Source of the DNA: Squalus acanthias
Taxonomy: Eukaryota
Direction: 5' to 3'
Assembly: GCA_030390025.1 (NCBI GenBank)
Contig: CM059432.1
Span: 99,078,001-99,142,000, forward strand
DNA: 64,000 nucleotides
A program made the position numbers and the translations under genes. The notes under the pieces were generated by a model. It was given only the letters and a program-made list of their open reading frames with translations, searched no databases and had not been told where the DNA came from. Shown piece by piece: positions 60,525 through 64,000 of this stretch (position 1 is its first letter; every line of letters starts with the position of its first letter).

Positions 60525-61544
60525 TAAGGTTTTATACTGAAACCAAATATTCAAAGACCTAGAAAAATGTTAAACTAACTTGTATTTACTTTTTCACCAA
60601 ACACTCTGCAATAAGACTACTAAAGAGCTCCTGCGAAAATACCATATCTAAACTCAGATCTTGTTATCTAGCATTCCCCTCCTTACGTAAATGATAGTAC
60701 ATTCCTTCCAGGATTTCCCTCCCTTAAGTTAACCTTTTGTCTGCTGTTCTTGCTTTTGTGTTCTCGCTCGGACACACACAGATAATGTTAAATAAATGTG
60801 ATTCAATTGTCCCAACCACTCAGAATATGTTACAAAATAACCAAGCAATGTAACATTTCAAATGTAAAGTTTCACTTTTCAGAATATTTATAGGATGTAA
60901 GAAGTGAGAAATGATCACTTTCAGTAGTTCATTTTTTTCCAGTGTTCACTGGTAGAAGTAGTGGAGCAAGATCTTTCACCATTGCATTTAGTGAAAGCCC
61001 CTGGGTTTGTGAATGATAAAACTTTTGACTAGAAATTTATTTAAGTGATACATTTGTCCCATGGGCAAAGTCATGCACCTATCATGAGGCCAATTTTCAC
61101 TTTCGGCAGTGGCAGAAAGCTGGCGCTAGTGGAGTGGATGCCCATTATACAAGTATTACAAGCTGCTAGGATAGGGAAATGTTGGGTTTATATAGGATAT
61201 TTTCATACATCCCTGTTGCTCTTATGTGGAAGTATTATAGGATATTGTGATATACCAATACTTACAGCAAATGTTAACATTTTTGGTATGTTAATATATT
61301 AGTTGTTGTGGTCTTTAATATTTTTTGAATTATACTTGTGTCACGGAAGTGAATTAATACCTGACAAAGACAGTGATGAAGTCAGAAAAATGTTGTCTTT
61401 GTCAGCTATTGCTCAGTGTGGATTTGTAACACATATCACACTGGTAGAGGAAGTACTTCTGTGGTGTGAATTAGTATTACGGGGGAAGATATCCTCTGTG
61501 CTCTATACAGATCTGCAGCCATGGATCATTTATTTATCATCGTA

Positions 61545-61651
61545 AAAGAAAAAAAGACTCTGGATTTCTATAGCGCCTTTCACTACCACCAGACGTCTCA
61601 AAGCGCTTTACAGCCAATGAAATACTTTTAAAGTATAGTCACTGTTGTAAT
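61545..61651 (-). mobile_element. Deu-SINE 3' fragment
   Basis: tatagcgcctttca...aaagcgctttacagccaatgaa...gtcactgttgtaat. Confidence 0.8.
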
Positions 61652-62813
61652 CGTATTCTTGGAATAAATTTTTAAAGCTATAAGCTTGGTATAAAGTACA
61701 TGCAGATTGATTGCTTAGCCAGCTGAGATACAATTTATACTGTATCTTCTGTCCACACACAACAAAATAACCAGCTTGAAATTTTAAACTTCATGATGCG
61801 TGGTGGAAAACCTTTGAGGACTTACATTTTGCTTCCTTCAGTCTGCAGAATCGATGGTCATATTGGTGATTTCAGAACTTTGGAACTCCTGACCTCCCTC
61901 AGTCATTCTTTTCTTTTCTAAACAACAAGTTTTTAAAACCCAAACTTGGTGCCACATAATCAGTACTAATTGATTTGCCTTGTCTCCTCTCCTACTCTTT
62001 TCAGCCTTGGCGATGATCTGCACTATGGATCTTGGCTTATCACCTATACCTCTTAAGTTAAAAATACCACAGAGCTGTTTGTAATACTGTGTTCTTTATG
62101 AAAGAATGTCTCAACTAATTTCACAGGTTACTAAAAGCAAAAGAAAATCATCAAAGCATCCCAAAGTTTGCAAAATTACAGTTGACTGAGGAGGTGACTA
62201 AATTGCTTGTGTTAACAATTTTGCAATCTAAGTTGTGTTCTCCTGTGTGTTACTGAAGATACCTTAGTTTTAAAATTTAGAAAAAGGCTTTTTCTTAAGT
62301 ATTTACTGTCCCATCTTTAGGTTCCAATGATAACACGCAGGTATTCTCTGACTGGGAATAAAGGATTCCCAGGCAATCAGCTCCAGGGACTTCAACAACG
62401 CTACTCTTCAATTGCCCACTAGAAGGTGCATAAGGCAGGCAATATTGACCATTTCTTGGAGCTTCTGCTTTGGGTAGTAAGCAGATTTGGGAATATGTGC
62501 CAAGTTTTCTCTTCCCAAGGTTGGAGACACTGAAGTTAATTCTAGCCCCTAATCAACACTCTGACTCAACATGAAGCAATGATTAAATCTGGGACCCCTA
62601 TGGACTGCATGTGTATCTTTCTCTCAGATTTTATGGTAAAGAGTATCAAATTTTATTTGTTTCTGTGCAAATGATAACAAAGTATTATAATGTAATTGTT
62701 ACAATTATAAGTATATTTGTTATGTCTATTATTCACCTTTTATTATTTTACTTCAGAGCTAAAGTTGAATGATTGTAAAGTGATGTAACTCATATGGCTG
62801 CTGGTAAATCAAC

Positions 62814-62952
62814 GTACTCCATACAGCTGTGATTGTAAAACCATGTACTCCATACAGCTGTGATTGTAAAACCATGTACTCCATACAGCTGTGATTGTAA
62901 AACCATGTACTCCATACAGCTGTGATTGTAAAACCATGTACTCCATACAGCT
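62814..62952. repeat. 31-bp minisatellite, 4 identical units plus 15 nt
   Basis: Unit gtactccatacagctgtgattgtaaaaccat. A degenerate unit lies upstream at ~62770-62800. Confidence 0.95.
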
Positions 62953-63354
62953 ATTGTTAAAGAACAAACTCATGCTGGCTCAATACAAATAATTATGGAT
63001 AATCTTTCCTTGGACTTATTTTAAAATAATTGTTGGTTAAATCTTTGCTTAAATCTTTGAAATAGGTAAGTTAGGGAAATCCATTCATCTGCCTTATTGT
63101 ATCAATCCAAGATGACCAAGATTTTAGTGGAATACGAAGCAAAAGTCCAATGTAGTATTTAAAACATGAAGGAATCATTTTTTTTCTTTAGTGTTCCTGG
63201 TGCAGAGGTTCACGTATCTGATGTGCATATCTGGAATCCAGGTGCATGAGCCCCAAGGTTTTACATCTGTATCTCTGTGCTATGAGCACTAAAGATGAAA
63301 ATTCCCTTCTAGATCCTGAAGACTGTGTAGTGCAGTGAGTTACAAAATCATTGA

Positions 63355-63730
63355 ATTCTACAGAACAGAAGACATGTATTTGGCCCATCATATTTCTGAA
63401 AGAGCTATCCACTTAGACTCAGTCCCCTGCCATATCACTGTACCATTTAATTTATTTTGTTTTCAAATATTTATCCACTTCCCTTTTAAAAGCTATTAAG
63501 GATTCTGGTTCCATGCACAGTTTCTGGTAGGGCATTCCGTGTCTTAACAACTCTCTGTGAAAAAAAAATCTCCTCGTATCTTCTTTCGTTCTTTTGGTGA
63601 TCATCATAAATATATGATCATAGTTACCAACTCACTGACCTGTGGAAATAGTTTTTCCGCCTTTACTTTATCAAACTTCTTATAATTTTCAACATCTCTA
63701 TGCAATCTCTTCTTAACCTAATGAAAGTGA
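63355..63730 (-). mobile_element. Old CR1 3' fragment
   Basis: ggtagggcattcc...aacaactctctgtgaaaaaaa resembles the CR1 'FFTQR..WNALP' region. Confidence 0.55.
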
Positions 63731-64000
63731 CCCATTATTATGGAACTTTTTTTTTGCATTTTTCTCTAATTTGTCTACTTATCTCATTCTCTATTAGCTT
63801 CAGCTTCCATCAGTGGATGAAAAATCGCAGGCTGTGCATATGTCATTTCCTAAGTTGCACTTCTTGCAACCGCTAGATTGACTCCTGCTCATACAGGTGC
63901 ACATCCCTCTCTGATGATTGTAAAATTAGTTTGGAAAGTCTCAATCTGATTTCCAGTGAATGTGAGCTCACAACACAAATGCAACAAAGCTTCGCACAAA

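Noticed and set aside
62814..62952. CRISPR-like array (31-bp repeats)
   Set aside because: Units are directly adjacent with no spacers, there are no cas genes, and the context is eukaryotic.

Overview
Repeat-dense eukaryotic DNA with no host protein-coding exon I can support. The repeat mix (Deu-domain tRNA SINEs, an HE1/V-SINE fragment, abundant CR1 and L2 LINEs, Penelope, Harbinger) suggests a cartilaginous fish (shark) genome; this is inference. Most of the window is nested transposable elements. These include several PIF/Harbinger elements with convergent transposase and 3-exon Myb/SANT genes, many Harbinger-type MITEs with 3-bp TSDs, CR1/L2 fragments, a complete short-LTR Gypsy (43472-48164), an older degraded Gypsy and a 1.6-kb TG...CA solo-LTR-like insert. 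The most striking signal is a set of Penelope-derived insertions (26332-29009, 31091-31303, 37497-37955). All three share one architecture: an inverted tail-less 3' copy, then a direct 3' copy with a tail, flanked by 10-15 bp TSDs. Each carries a minimal hammerhead ribozyme motif on both strands, and the smallest is a ~215-bp non-coding palindrome. Family names were recognised by eye, not by database search. Boundaries without TSD/TIR support are approximate.
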